DNA of 64,000 nt from contig OZ241855.1 of assembly GCA_965202785.1 (NCBI GenBank), positions 1,248,001 to 1,312,000 of the forward strand, read 5' to 3'. This document shows, one piece after another, positions 1-9,909 of the stretch. The first letter of the stretch is position 1, and each line of letters opens with the position of its first letter. Source of the stretch: Thermodesulfobacteriota bacterium. GTDB taxonomy: Bacteria > Desulfobacterota_D > UBA1144 > Nemesobacterales > Nemesobacteraceae. A model generated the notes under the pieces. The model had not been told where the DNA came from, did no database searches, and worked only from the letters and a program-made list of their open reading frames with translations. Position numbers and translations under genes: made by a program.

Positions 1-937
1 CAATCTTTCTGTGTCTCCATAACCAGGCTATAGCCGCGCCCGAGATATTATGCCAGATGCTGAAAAGCGCGGCGGGAAGGGCGGAGAGATAGCCGAAGTG
101 CAGATGGGAAAGAGCTGCCGCGAGCCCCGAGTTCTGCATTCCCACCTCAACGGATATCGCCCTGGCGCTGCTTTCTCCGAAACCCAGCGCTTTCGCTATA
201 AGATAACCGCATGTGAGACCAAGAGCGTTATGAATTATTACTATGAGGAAAACCACCGCGCCGATGGTTTTTATGGATTCCGCGTTCAAAGCCACTATTA
301 TTCCCACCACAAGAGCTATAACAAGACACGATACTGAGGGCAGGAAGGGCAGTACGGCCTCTGATTTCCTCTCGAGCAGCTTCCTCAATACCACTCCGAG
401 AAGGACCGGCAGCAGTACTATCTGAAGCGCGGAGATAAAAAGATCGGCAACCGGAACATCTATCCATCTTCCCGCGTAAAAGTACATGAGCGCTGGCAGG
501 AGAAACGGGCAAAGGAGCGTTGAAACCGAAGTCAGCGTTACGGAAAGCGCGAGATCGCCCCTTGCCAGATAGGTGATCACGTTTGACGCCGTTCCTCCGG
601 GGCATGAACCGACGAGAACGACCCCCGCGGCGATAAGGGGGGTTGTACCGAAAGCAAAGACAAGGAGAAACCCCAAAAGAGGCATCACGGCATATTGAGC
701 GAAAACGCCTGTCAGGATCTCAAGCGGTCTTGAAAAGACTCTCCTGAAGTCATCCGTTTTGAGCGTTATGCCCATAGCGAACATTATCACCGCGAGCATG
801 GGCACTATGAGGAATCCGAGATCCCGAAAAACGGAGGGGAAAAAGTACGCTACGGCTGAGAACAGAATTATCCAGAGGATGAAGAACCTTGTTATAAGGT
901 CTGCAAGCGAAGTTAAAGCGCTTTTTGTTGAATTCAA
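1..937 (-). CDS. Bile acid:sodium symporter (BASS/SBF) family transporter, 3' end cut by window edge
   Basis: Not in the ORF track because it has no stop inside the window. Manual translation from TTG at 937 gives MNSTKSALTS...IMFAMGITL...AQYAVMPLLG...GVVLVGSCPGGTASNVITYLARG, typical BASS motifs. Confidence 0.88.
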   Translation of the reverse strand, partial: MNSTKSALTSLADLITRFFILWIILFSAVAYFFPSVFRDLGFLIVPMLAVIMFAMGITLKTDDFRRVFSRPLEILTGVFAQYAVMPLLGFLLVFAFGTTPLIAAGVVLVGSCPGGTASNVITYLARGDLALSVTLTSVSTLLCPFLLPALMYFYAGRWIDVPVADLFISALQIVLLPVLLGVVLRKLLERKSEAVLPFLPSVSCLVIALVVGIIVALNAESIKTIGAVVFLIVIIHNALGLTCGYLIAKALGFGESSARAISVEVGMQNSGLAAALSHLHFGYLSALPAALFSIWHNISGAAIAWLWRHRKI

Positions 938-986
938 TTTTGTTTGTTACCGTCGGGGCTGCCGGGGAAGCGATTGCGGGGGAGTT

Positions 987-1385
987 CTATCGCTTAGGCT
1001 CAACTCCGATTGCTATTTTCGAGAACCCCTGGGTTTTCGCCAAGTCCATGGTGCTTACGATCGGGCCGTGCATGGCCTCGGAATCCGCCCTGATTATTAC
1101 GAGGGTGTCTTTGTTGGGTATCCTCTCAAACTCCCGCTTCAAGGAGTTGGCGGAGCGCATAAGCACATCGTTGAAGTAAACTTTTCCGTCTTTGGAAATG
1201 TGTATGTTTACGTCTTTTATCTCGACGATTTCGCCGGTCGCTTTCGGGAGGTTGACTTTTATGCCGCTCGATATGGCGAAATTGAGTGTAAGGGCAAAGA
1301 AAATAAGGAGGTTGAAAATCACGTCCACGATGGGAGCCATGTCTATGCCGGACCTATCGCCTGATTTTCTTTGCGAGAATTTCAT
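987..1385 (-). CDS. exbD: Biopolymer transporter ExbD/TolR
   Basis: IDMAPIVDVIFNLLIFF TM segment with conserved Asp, V-N-L-P-K-A and IIRAD motifs; overlaps exbB stop by 4 nt. Confidence 0.88.
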   Translation of the reverse strand: MKFSQRKSGDRSGIDMAPIVDVIFNLLIFFALTLNFAISSGIKVNLPKATGEIVEIKDVNIHISKDGKVYFNDVLMRSANSLKREFERIPNKDTLVIIRADSEAMHGPIVSTMDLAKTQGFSKIAIGVEPKR

Positions 1386-2002
1386 AGGGATGCCTTTGCG
1401 GAAAAAGCTTCAAGTATTTTCTTGCCTTCATCTTCGAGCTCGGAGATTATCTCCTTGAATTTTCCGTCTGTGTACTTGTAGGCTATGAGCGCCGGGATTG
1501 CTATCGTGAGTCCGAGGGCCGTAGTATAAAGTGCCTCCGAGATGCCTCCCGCGAGGGAAGGGGGATCCACTATATCCTTCTCCGATATGACGGCGAACAC
1601 CTTTATCATCCCTGATATTGTTCCGAGAAGTCCTATCAGAGTACTTATGCTGCTTATGGTGAGCAGAGTGTCTATATATTTTTCAAGACCTTGGGCCTCG
1701 TTCTTTCCTACGGCCTCAATGGCTTCTTCCATCTCCTCTTTCGATTCGCCTGAGTTCTGCGCGGCCGCGAGAGCCATTTTGGCTACCGCAGAATCGTTCG
1801 ATGCAGAAAGAGATTTTGCCTCTTCAAGCCCCTTTGTCTCGACAGTCTCGTATAGGCTTGAAAGAAATTCTTCGGGAAGAAGCTTTTTTCTCTGAAGGAG
1901 ACTAAGCTTCTGAAGAAAAATCGCAAGTCCGAATATGGAACATAAAATCAGGGGGAAAATATATATTCCGCCCTTGGTAAACAGATCAATAATTGCGTCC
2001 AT
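1382..2002 (-). CDS. exbB: MotA/TolQ/ExbB proton channel protein
   Basis: LIGLLGTISGMIKVF and LAGGISEALYTTALGLTIAIPA motifs. Confidence 0.88.
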   Translation of the reverse strand: MDAIIDLFTKGGIYIFPLILCSIFGLAIFLQKLSLLQRKKLLPEEFLSSLYETVETKGLEEAKSLSASNDSAVAKMALAAAQNSGESKEEMEEAIEAVGKNEAQGLEKYIDTLLTISSISTLIGLLGTISGMIKVFAVISEKDIVDPPSLAGGISEALYTTALGLTIAIPALIAYKYTDGKFKEIISELEDEGKKILEAFSAKASL

Positions 2003-2238
2003 GGGGGTTTATCCTTGAATAGAGAGGTTTTTGCTCCGAAGTCTGGTTTTCGATACAACGAAACCATTATAAAACAAATCCGGGTTTTGTCCAAGCGAAA
2101 ATTTGGGGGATCGCTTTATTTGCTTGGTAATAGCTGGTGCCCCGAGCTTGCTGAGTTCTCCCTGGTTTCGGATTCTATAATTGTTTTCCGCCGTTTTTTT
2201 CGGGTAGATTTTCTAGCTTCAAACCCGTGGAGACTTAC

Positions 2239-3504
2239 ATGATGACTTCCGATTTTGAATATACTGACGGCGAACTTTACGTTGAGAAAGTCCCCGTAAG
2301 GAAAATATGCGAGGACTTCGGAACTCCGGTCTATATCTACAGCCACAATTCCATCCGCTCAAGCTTCCTTGAGTATAAGGAGGCGTTTTCTGAAATCGAC
2401 CCCCTGATCTGCTATTCCGTAAAGGCGAACTCTAACATATCCGTACTCAAGATTTTCTCCTCCATGGCTTCCGGTTTCGATATAGTCTCGTCGGGGGAAC
2501 TGCAGAGGGTCGTCGCCGCCGGGGGAGACACCTCGAAAGTGGTATTCTCGGGAGTCGGAAAGACCGAAGAGGAGATAGAGGCCGCAATTCGCTCCCGGAT
2601 ACTCTTTTTCAACGTGGAATCCGAAGCGGAGCTTCAGAAGATAAACGACGTGGCCGTCTCGCTCGGAGAGAAGGCCCCGGTCGCGATAAGGGTTAATCCC
2701 GATGTTGACCCCGACACCCATCCTTACATATCGACGGGTTTTGAGAAAAGCAAGTTCGGAATCGGGATCGAAAAAGCGGTGGATGTATACAGAAACGCCT
2801 CACGGATGGGGGGAATTGAGATAAGGGGAATTGATGCCCATATAGGTTCCCAGATATTTGATCTTTCATCCTTTTCCGAGTCCATATCTAAGCTTGTCTA
2901 CCTTGCCGACAGGCTCGGGAGCGACGGGATTGAAGTTTCCTACATAGATATAGGAGGAGGTCTCGCGATAAGCTACGAGAGCGAGGAAAAGCCCCCGGCA
3001 AAATCCGAGTACGCGCGGGTTTTCGAGGAACATCTTCGCGATACCAGTTACGGGCTGGTCCTTGAGCCCGGGAGATCAATGGTGGGCAACGCGGGAATAA
3101 TGTCCACTAGGGTGCTTTATGTTAAGGAGGGAACCTCGAAGAAATTTGTAATAGTTGACGCCGCGATGAACGATCTTGTGAGACCCGCGTTTTACGATTC
3201 GTTCCACCGGATAGAGCCGGTGCGTGTGGGAGGTTCTGAATCCCGCGAGGTGGTGGACATAGTCGGCCCGATATGCGAATCGGGCGATTTTCTGGCCAGG
3301 GACAGGAGTTTTCCCGAAGTTTCCGCGGGAGAACTGCTTGCGGTTTTCAGCGCGGGGGCGTACGGTTTCGTGATGTCATCTAATTACAACACAAGACCCC
3401 GGGCTGCCGAGGTTCTTGTGAGCGGTGAAAGGTACTGCGAGATAAGGGCCAGAGAAACTCTCGAAGACCTGCTGAAAGCTGAGAGCATCGCAGAATTCCT
3501 CTAG
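2239..3504 (+). CDS. lysA: Diaminopimelate decarboxylase
   Basis: YSVKAN PLP lysine, HIGSQ, EPGRS, GPICESGD and SSNYN motifs; ATG at 2239 preferred over GTG 2227. Confidence 0.96.
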   Translation: MMTSDFEYTDGELYVEKVPVRKICEDFGTPVYIYSHNSIRSSFLEYKEAFSEIDPLICYSVKANSNISVLKIFSSMASGFDIVSSGELQRVVAAGGDTSKVVFSGVGKTEEEIEAAIRSRILFFNVESEAELQKINDVAVSLGEKAPVAIRVNPDVDPDTHPYISTGFEKSKFGIGIEKAVDVYRNASRMGGIEIRGIDAHIGSQIFDLSSFSESISKLVYLADRLGSDGIEVSYIDIGGGLAISYESEEKPPAKSEYARVFEEHLRDTSYGLVLEPGRSMVGNAGIMSTRVLYVKEGTSKKFVIVDAAMNDLVRPAFYDSFHRIEPVRVGGSESREVVDIVGPICESGDFLARDRSFPEVSAGELLAVFSAGAYGFVMSSNYNTRPRAAEVLVSGERYCEIRARETLEDLLKAESIAEFL

Positions 3505-3532
3505 TATCGAAACGGCGCTTGGTAATTAAGTC

Positions 3533-5494
3533 ATGAAACAGGGTTTTAACGGGCTCAAGGTAACGTCTTTTGAAAGCCGCCGTTGCGAGGAGATGAAAAA
3601 ACTCATCTCTTATCACGGCGGTGTGCCTAGGGTCGCACCCTCGATGAGGGAAGTCCCCGATCTTAAAAGTCCTTACGTTGCCGGGTTTGCCGATGATCTC
3701 TTCTCAGGCAACATTGATCTTCTTGTCCTCATGACGGGGGTAGGCACGCGGATTCTCTCCGACATCGTAATTGCCGAGTCTGAAGAAAAGAAATATGTGG
3801 ATGCCCTGCGCGCGACGACGATTGTTGCCAGAGGCCCTAAACCCGTGGCGGCACTTCGCAAATTCGGGATAAGGCCGAATATAACCGTTTCCGAACCGAA
3901 CACGTGGAGAGACATACTTTCCACTTTCGACCAGAGGGACATGTCGCTTGAAAACTTGGTTGTGTACGTTCAGGAATACGGGGTCTCCAACGAAGAGTTT
4001 CTCTCTTCTCTTGAAAAAAGAGGAGCTGATGTAAGAAGAATTCCCATTTACAGGTGGGCGCTGCCAGAGGACCTGGATCCACTGCGCGACGCTGTAAGAT
4101 CCGTATCTGAGGGGGAGGAGGACTGCCTCTTGTTCACAAGTTCCCGGCAGGTATCCAACCTTTTTGAGGTGGCGGCCGGGGAAGGATATTCCGATAACTT
4201 CATCGAAGGAATGAAAAAAGCGCTTATATGCTCGATCGGACCGACCACCACGGAGACGCTCAGGGAAAACGGAATATCCGTTGACTATGAGCCCGACAGC
4301 CCGAAGATGGGAAACCTGGTGAGGGAGGTGGCCAGAAGGTCAGCGGCGCTTCTCACCAAAAAAAGAACAGCTTTTGAAAATGGAGTCAATACCCGGAACT
4401 GGAACCGCACGCAGATGGTCTGGTCAGAGGACGGCGCACAGGTCCAAAGGAGAGAAATTACTTCTTCGGGGGCATTTATGAAGGCGTGTCGACTCGAGAA
4501 AGCTGACTATACTCCCATCTGGCTTATGCGACAGGCGGGCAGATTTCTTCGGGAATACAGGGAGACCCGCTCCCGCGTTTCTTTCAAGGAGTTTTGCAAG
4601 ACCCCGGATATGGCCTCGGAAATTACGCTGATGGTGGTTGACCGATTCGGCGTGGACGCGGCAATCATTTTCTCAGACATACTGCTCATACTGGAACCCC
4701 TGGGACTTTCCCTTGAGTATTCAAGCGTCGACGGTCCCGTGATAGCCAAGCCTCTTAGGACCCGAAAGCGCATAGAGGCCCTGAGGGACTTTGATCCCGA
4801 AAGCATGGATTTTGTCTACGAGGCTCTGCGTATCACAAGAAAGGCGCTTGCCCCCGAAGTTTCGCTTATTGGTTTTAGCGGAGCTCCCTTTACCGTGGCT
4901 TCCTACGCGGTTGAGGGAAGCGGTTCAAAAAACTACGTAAACACGAAGAAACTCATGTACGGAGACCCTTCCCTGTGGGAGAGGCTGATGGAGATTCTGA
5001 CCGAGAGCATTTCGGATTATCTCTGCGCTCAGGTGGATGCCGGGGCCGATGCCGTGCAGATTTTTGACAGTTGGGTGGGTTGTCTTTCCCCGGCGGATTA
5101 CGAAAGATTCGTCTTTCCGCACGTAAAGAAACTTATCTCGACGCTTCCGCCGGAAGTTCCGGTAATATTGTTCGGAACCGCAACCGGTTCCCTGCTCGAA
5201 CTCATGGGAGAGACCGGGGCCGGAGTTATCGGTCTTGACTGGAGGGTCGATATTCTTGACGGCTGGCAGAGAGCGGGAAGTTCTCTTGGGGTTCAGGGAA
5301 ATCTTGATCCGGTTTCAATGCTCTCAACCCCGTCTCATGTCGTGGAGGAGGCAAGGAAGATACTGGACAGAGTGAGAGGGAGGCCCGGGCATATATTCAA
5401 TCTGGGTCACGGTGTACTGCCGCAGACGCCGGTTGATAATGTTCTCAGGCTGATTGATGAAGTTCACGAGTATTCCGCGCGAAAGGAGGCTTAG
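3533..5494 (+). CDS. hemE: Fused uroporphyrinogen-III synthase (HemD, N-terminal ~270 aa) and uroporphyrinogen decarboxylase (HemE)
   Basis: N-term ARGPKP, LLFTSS, SIGPTTTETL (HemD); C-term PIWLMRQAGR, AAIIFSDIL, QGNLDP, IFNLGHG (HemE). Confidence 0.92.
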   Translation: MKQGFNGLKVTSFESRRCEEMKKLISYHGGVPRVAPSMREVPDLKSPYVAGFADDLFSGNIDLLVLMTGVGTRILSDIVIAESEEKKYVDALRATTIVARGPKPVAALRKFGIRPNITVSEPNTWRDILSTFDQRDMSLENLVVYVQEYGVSNEEFLSSLEKRGADVRRIPIYRWALPEDLDPLRDAVRSVSEGEEDCLLFTSSRQVSNLFEVAAGEGYSDNFIEGMKKALICSIGPTTTETLRENGISVDYEPDSPKMGNLVREVARRSAALLTKKRTAFENGVNTRNWNRTQMVWSEDGAQVQRREITSSGAFMKACRLEKADYTPIWLMRQAGRFLREYRETRSRVSFKEFCKTPDMASEITLMVVDRFGVDAAIIFSDILLILEPLGLSLEYSSVDGPVIAKPLRTRKRIEALRDFDPESMDFVYEALRITRKALAPEVSLIGFSGAPFTVASYAVEGSGSKNYVNTKKLMYGDPSLWERLMEILTESISDYLCAQVDAGADAVQIFDSWVGCLSPADYERFVFPHVKKLISTLPPEVPVILFGTATGSLLELMGETGAGVIGLDWRVDILDGWQRAGSSLGVQGNLDPVSMLSTPSHVVEEARKILDRVRGRPGHIFNLGHGVLPQTPVDNVLRLIDEVHEYSARKEA

Positions 5495-5505
5495 GAAGAA
5501 GTTCC

Positions 5506-6447
5506 ATGAAAAATAATTTTGACGCCGTAATGATGATTGGATACGGGGCTCCCGAGAAAAAAGAGGACATAATGCCTTTTCTCAGGAATGTGGCCAGCGG
5601 GAGACCAATACCCGAGGACAGGTTGCGGGAAGTTGCCCATCACTACGAAATCTTCGACGGGAAGTCTCCGCTCAACGAATTCACTTACAAGCAGGCCCGA
5701 AAACTTGAGAAACTTCTTTCCGGGTGGGGGTACGATCTTCCGGTTTACGTCGGGATGAGGAACTGGCATCCGTTCATCAAGGATTCCCTTGAGCAGATGC
5801 GGGAAAACGGTGTGAAGAATCTGGTGGGCCTCATAATGGCTGTTTACCGCTCCGATGCGAGCTGGGAGAGGTACATGAGGGATATAAGCGAGGCCTGCGA
5901 AGATCTCAAGATGCAGCTTCACGTGGAATATGTTCCTCCGCTTTTTAACCATCCTCTTTTCATAGAAGGCTCGGCAGCCAAGGTGACTGAACAAATGCGC
6001 GAAATTCCCGAGAGCAGGCTCGATACCACCATGCTTGTGTTTACGGCTCACAGCATTCCCGAGAGGATGTCGGATTCGTCTCCCTATGCTTTGCAGTTTG
6101 AAACTTCCTCCATGCTGGTGGCGGACAGAGCCGGGCACAAAAAATGGATGATTGCCTACCAGAGCAGAAGTGGCTCTCCGAACGAAAAGTGGCTTGAGCC
6201 GGACATATGCGACGTGATAGTGAACCTTGCCGGCCAGGGCTTCACGGATATCGTGATTCAGCCGATAGGATTTGTCTGCGATCATATCGAGGTACTTTTC
6301 GATATAGGGGTTGAGGCAACCGAGGCCGCCCGTGAGTGCGGGGTGAACCTCTACAGGGCCGAGACCGTGAACGACGATGACCGCTACATAAAGGCTCTGG
6401 GCGACGGGGTGCTGAGGCTCATCGATTCAGAAAACTCTCGGCAATAA
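5506..6447 (+). CDS. hemH: Ferrochelatase (proto- or coproporphyrin)
   Basis: GKSPL, GMRNWHP, FTAHSIP, YQSRSG..WLEP, GFVCDHIEVLFDI motifs; in heme operon. Confidence 0.95.
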   Translation: MKNNFDAVMMIGYGAPEKKEDIMPFLRNVASGRPIPEDRLREVAHHYEIFDGKSPLNEFTYKQARKLEKLLSGWGYDLPVYVGMRNWHPFIKDSLEQMRENGVKNLVGLIMAVYRSDASWERYMRDISEACEDLKMQLHVEYVPPLFNHPLFIEGSAAKVTEQMREIPESRLDTTMLVFTAHSIPERMSDSSPYALQFETSSMLVADRAGHKKWMIAYQSRSGSPNEKWLEPDICDVIVNLAGQGFTDIVIQPIGFVCDHIEVLFDIGVEATEAARECGVNLYRAETVNDDDRYIKALGDGVLRLIDSENSRQ

Positions 6448-6462
6448 GTAAGATAATTCGTT

Positions 6463-7860
6463 ATGAAAGTTGCGATTGTCGGCGCGGGGGTCTCGGGTCT
6501 TTCCTCGGCCCACTGCCTGAGAAAGCTTTGTCGCGAGAACAATGTTCCCCTTGAACTTGTTCTTTTCGAGTCCTCCGCACATCCGGGCGGGGTTTTTGAT
6601 ACCGTAAAAACAGGGGACATGGTCCTTGAACTCGGACCTGACTCCTTTATAACTTCAAAGCCTTGGGCGCTTGACCTTGCAAAAGATCTTGGACTTGAGG
6701 ATTCGCTCCTTGGGGTGGGATACGGCAAGCGGAAGGACACGTTCGTTTATCAGACAGGAAGGCTCTGGGCGCTTCCCGAGGGTTTTTTCCTGATGGCCCC
6801 CTCGAAGCTTCTCCCATTTCTTCGCAGCGGACTGTTCAGCGCCGGGGCCAAGCTCAGGGTGCTTCTTGAGCCTCTGGTTCCCCGCGGCGGGGGAGTGGAC
6901 GAAAGCATTCGTTCTTTTGTGGAGAGGAGATTCGGAAGGGAAATTTTCGAGAAGGCCGCGCAGCCTCTTCTGGGCGGAATTTACATGGCCGACCCCGAAA
7001 AACTGAGTCTTTCGGCCACAATGCCCCAGTTCTTAGAGATGGAGAAGCAAAGCGGAAGCGTTCTTTGGGACCTTCTTCGCAATCCACCGACCTCCCGTGG
7101 GGAAAGCGGAGCCAGGTACGGTCTTTTTCTCACTCCGGCGGAGGGCATGTCCGTTATCGTCGAAAGACTTTGCGAAAGTGCCGAATTTGCGAGGCAGGAT
7201 TACAAGACCCCGGTTCTTTCCCTTAAAAAATCAGAAAAGGGATGGCTAGTCGGTTCTGACCGAGGAGAAGAGGAGTTTGACGCTGTCATCCTGTCTGTCG
7301 GGGCCGGTACGGCCGGCCGACTACTTTCTGATGTCGATCCGCAGCTTGGAACGAGACTCTCGGGCGTGCGATATGTTTCTTCCGTCGTTGCGACTCTTGT
7401 TTTCGATGAGAAGGATTTCCGCGGTCTTCCAGATGGTCTGGGGGTCATAATCCCTTCCAAGGAGGGAATGAAACTCGTTGCGTGTTCGCTTTACAGCAGC
7501 AAATTTCCCGGAAAGTCCGGGAGCGGAAAGGTAGTGATAAGATGTTTTCTCGGAGGAGAGCTTAACCCCGATGCGGTGCTTTGGGATGAGGAGGAAATAA
7601 AATCCGTCTTAAGGGAAGAACTTGCGAGGGTTTTCGGATTCGATAACCATCCGACGGAGATTTATATCAGGAGATACAAGATGTCCATGCCGCGTTTTGC
7701 GCCGGGACACAAGGAGGATATCTCGGGCGTTATGCACCGACTTTCGCGTCACTCGGGACTTGCGCTTTGCGGAGCGGCTTACTTTGGCGTCGGGATTCCC
7801 GATTGCGTGCGTTCAGCGGAATTTGCAGCCAGAAAAATTCACGTGGATATGGCACCCTGA
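6463..7860 (+). CDS. hemY: HemY-type FAD-dependent (copro/proto)porphyrinogen oxidase
   Basis: GAGVSGL Rossmann motif, ELGPDSF, GVGIPDC motifs; follows hemH. Confidence 0.93.
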   Translation: MKVAIVGAGVSGLSSAHCLRKLCRENNVPLELVLFESSAHPGGVFDTVKTGDMVLELGPDSFITSKPWALDLAKDLGLEDSLLGVGYGKRKDTFVYQTGRLWALPEGFFLMAPSKLLPFLRSGLFSAGAKLRVLLEPLVPRGGGVDESIRSFVERRFGREIFEKAAQPLLGGIYMADPEKLSLSATMPQFLEMEKQSGSVLWDLLRNPPTSRGESGARYGLFLTPAEGMSVIVERLCESAEFARQDYKTPVLSLKKSEKGWLVGSDRGEEEFDAVILSVGAGTAGRLLSDVDPQLGTRLSGVRYVSSVVATLVFDEKDFRGLPDGLGVIIPSKEGMKLVACSLYSSKFPGKSGSGKVVIRCFLGGELNPDAVLWDEEEIKSVLREELARVFGFDNHPTEIYIRRYKMSMPRFAPGHKEDISGVMHRLSRHSGLALCGAAYFGVGIPDCVRSAEFAARKIHVDMAP

Positions 7861-7985
7861 TATAAAACAAGATACGCCCACCCATATCTGATTATATCCT
7901 TTTAAGTCCTGTCAGCTTAAAGTGATTATTGAAGGGATCATGTTTACAAAGACTTTTACTGTGGCAAAATTAAAGGCTTATTACT

Positions 7986-8057
7986 GCCGATGTAGCTCAG
8001 TGGTAGAGCAGCTCACTCGTAATGAGCAGGTCAGGGGTTCGAATCCCCTCGTCGGCT
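7986..8057 (+). tRNA. tRNA-Thr(CGT)
   Basis: Acceptor GCCGATG/CGTCGGC, anticodon arm GCTCA-CTCGTAA-TGAGC, GGTTCGAATCC T arm; CCA not encoded. Confidence 0.95.
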
Positions 8058-8105
8058 GTATGTAGCTTTAGCTCCACCTCGTCGACTAACTACGTGATAC
8101 AGCCA

Positions 8106-9778
8106 ATGGCGAGTCTTTTATCAAAAGAACGTATCGTTAGAGGTCCGGAATTCAACCGCTGGCTGGCTGTGCCTCCATCTATTGCGGTTCACCTGTGCAT
8201 TGGTTCCGTTTACGCCTGGAGCATATATAATCCCGCGTTAATTGAGGTGCTCGGGGTTGCCACTGGTGCGGCGGACGACTGGACTCTGCGTCAGGTAGTG
8301 TGGATATTCAGCGTCGCGATCGCGTTCACCGGGCTTACGGCGGCGTTTGCCGGCAAATGGGTTGAGGAGGTGGGACCACGCATGGTCTGTGTGATGGCAG
8401 CGTGTTTTTGGGGTGGCGGCTATATGCTCAGCAGTCTCGGTGTTACTTTGCATCAACTGTGGCTGATTTATCTGGGTTACGGCGTAATCGGCGGTATCGG
8501 TCTGGGTTTAGGTTATGTTTCTCCGGTCAGCAATCTAATTCGCTGGTTTCCGGACCGACGCGGCCTGGCTGCCGGAATGGCGATCATGGGCTTTGGTGGC
8601 GGAGCGATGGTTGCGGTGCCGCTTAAGGAATTCTTCCTCCAGTACTTTTACAAGGCGCCCCAATACCTGGGGACGGTCGACGCCGTCGATATGATCACCC
8701 GTTCGGGCCGACGCTTTGTTGAAATCGGCGGTCAGCTCAAGGAGGTTGTCGTCGCAGGGGCTGCCGAGGCGGCACATGTGCTGGCGCCTGGAACCGAAGC
8801 GGCCGGAGTGTATGTGGTTGGCACCGGTTCCGCGGGAGTCGCCCAGACCTTTCTTTTCTTCGGAGTGGTTTATTTCCTTGTGATAATGATATCGGCGTTT
8901 TTATATCGTGTCCCGGTTCCGGGGTATAAACCGCAGGGATGGGAGCCGCCGTCCGGCAAGGATTCCAGCGAGCGAATGATCAGTCAGAAAGATGTGCATA
9001 TGGATCAGGCGTTGTGTGGGTCGTACTGTGCCTTAACGTTACAGCCGGCATTGGGATTATCTCTGTCGCCAAGACAATGATGACCGAGATATTCAGTAAC
9101 GCGCTTCCGGATGTTGTTGATGTCACCTTTGCCGCCACTTACGTCTTGATGATCGGCATGTTCAACATGCTGGGGCGCGTTATGTGGGCGAGCGCCTCCG
9201 ACAAACTGGGGCGACGCAATACGTGTTCGATATTCTGCGCGGCCGGTTTTTTGTTGTATTTGTCCATTCCTGTGGCCGCCCATTACGTGAACCTTGATCC
9301 TTCGATTTTCTGGCTGTTAATGTTCTACGCGGCGACGATGATAATTTTTACTTTCTACGGGGGTGTTTTCGCTACCGTTCCGGCATATCTTGCAGACCTG
9401 TTCGGTACTCGCTACGTCGGTGGCATCTATGGACGTTTGCTGACCGCTTGGAGCGTTGCCGGAGTGCTCGGTCCCTTGGCGGTCACCTCGCTTAGAGACC
9501 GTTCGCTTATGGCCGAAATCAATCGCCTCGCCGAAAAGGTATCGCCACAGGAATTCACTAAGACTTTCGGAGCCGGAATTAACGACCTCGAGATACTCGT
9601 GCAGAATAAAACCGTAACGCTTGCGAAACTCATGGATATTGCGCCTGAGGGCACAGTAGACCCGACGGCTTCCTTGTACAACTCGACGATGTATGTGATG
9701 GCGGCGTTGTTAATAATCGCTTTGATAAGCAATCTCCTGATAAAACCGGTTCACGAAAAACATCACATAAAGGACTGA
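8106..9778 (+). pseudogene. OFA-family MFS transporter, frameshifted at ~9015
   Basis: Part 1 (8106-9014) has HLCIGSVYAWS and WFPDRRGLAAGMAIMGFGGG. Part 2 (from 9017) has WVVLCLNVTAGIG and SDKLGRR in another frame. The conserved linker after DQAL is missing. Confidence 0.8.
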
Positions 9779-9842
9779 TGTGCGCTAGAGCGGAATAACA
9801 GGAGTTAAGCAAAATCATTGCAAGACCAAATAATAAGATTTC

Positions 9843-9871
9843 TTGCTTTTTGTCAGCCTTTTTTTTACAAT
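9843..9871 (+). promoter_or_regulatory. Putative sigma70 promoter for LLM gene
   Basis: TTGCTT-17 nt-TACAAT, followed by SD GGGAGGT before ATG 9910. Confidence 0.5.
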
Positions 9872-9909
9872 TCCCCTAAGTTGAAAATAACTTTAAGGGA
9901 GGTATAAGC

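Noticed and set aside
1-2002. BASS symporter with exbBD as a bile acid or sterol uptake unit
   Set aside because: Bacterial BASS proteins commonly carry small acids such as ketopantoate; no TonB-dependent receptor is visible and the family name alone is not evidence.
8022-8105. N-terminal extension of the MFS ORF from the ORF track
   Set aside because: Overlaps tRNA-Thr; the real start is most likely ATG 8106.
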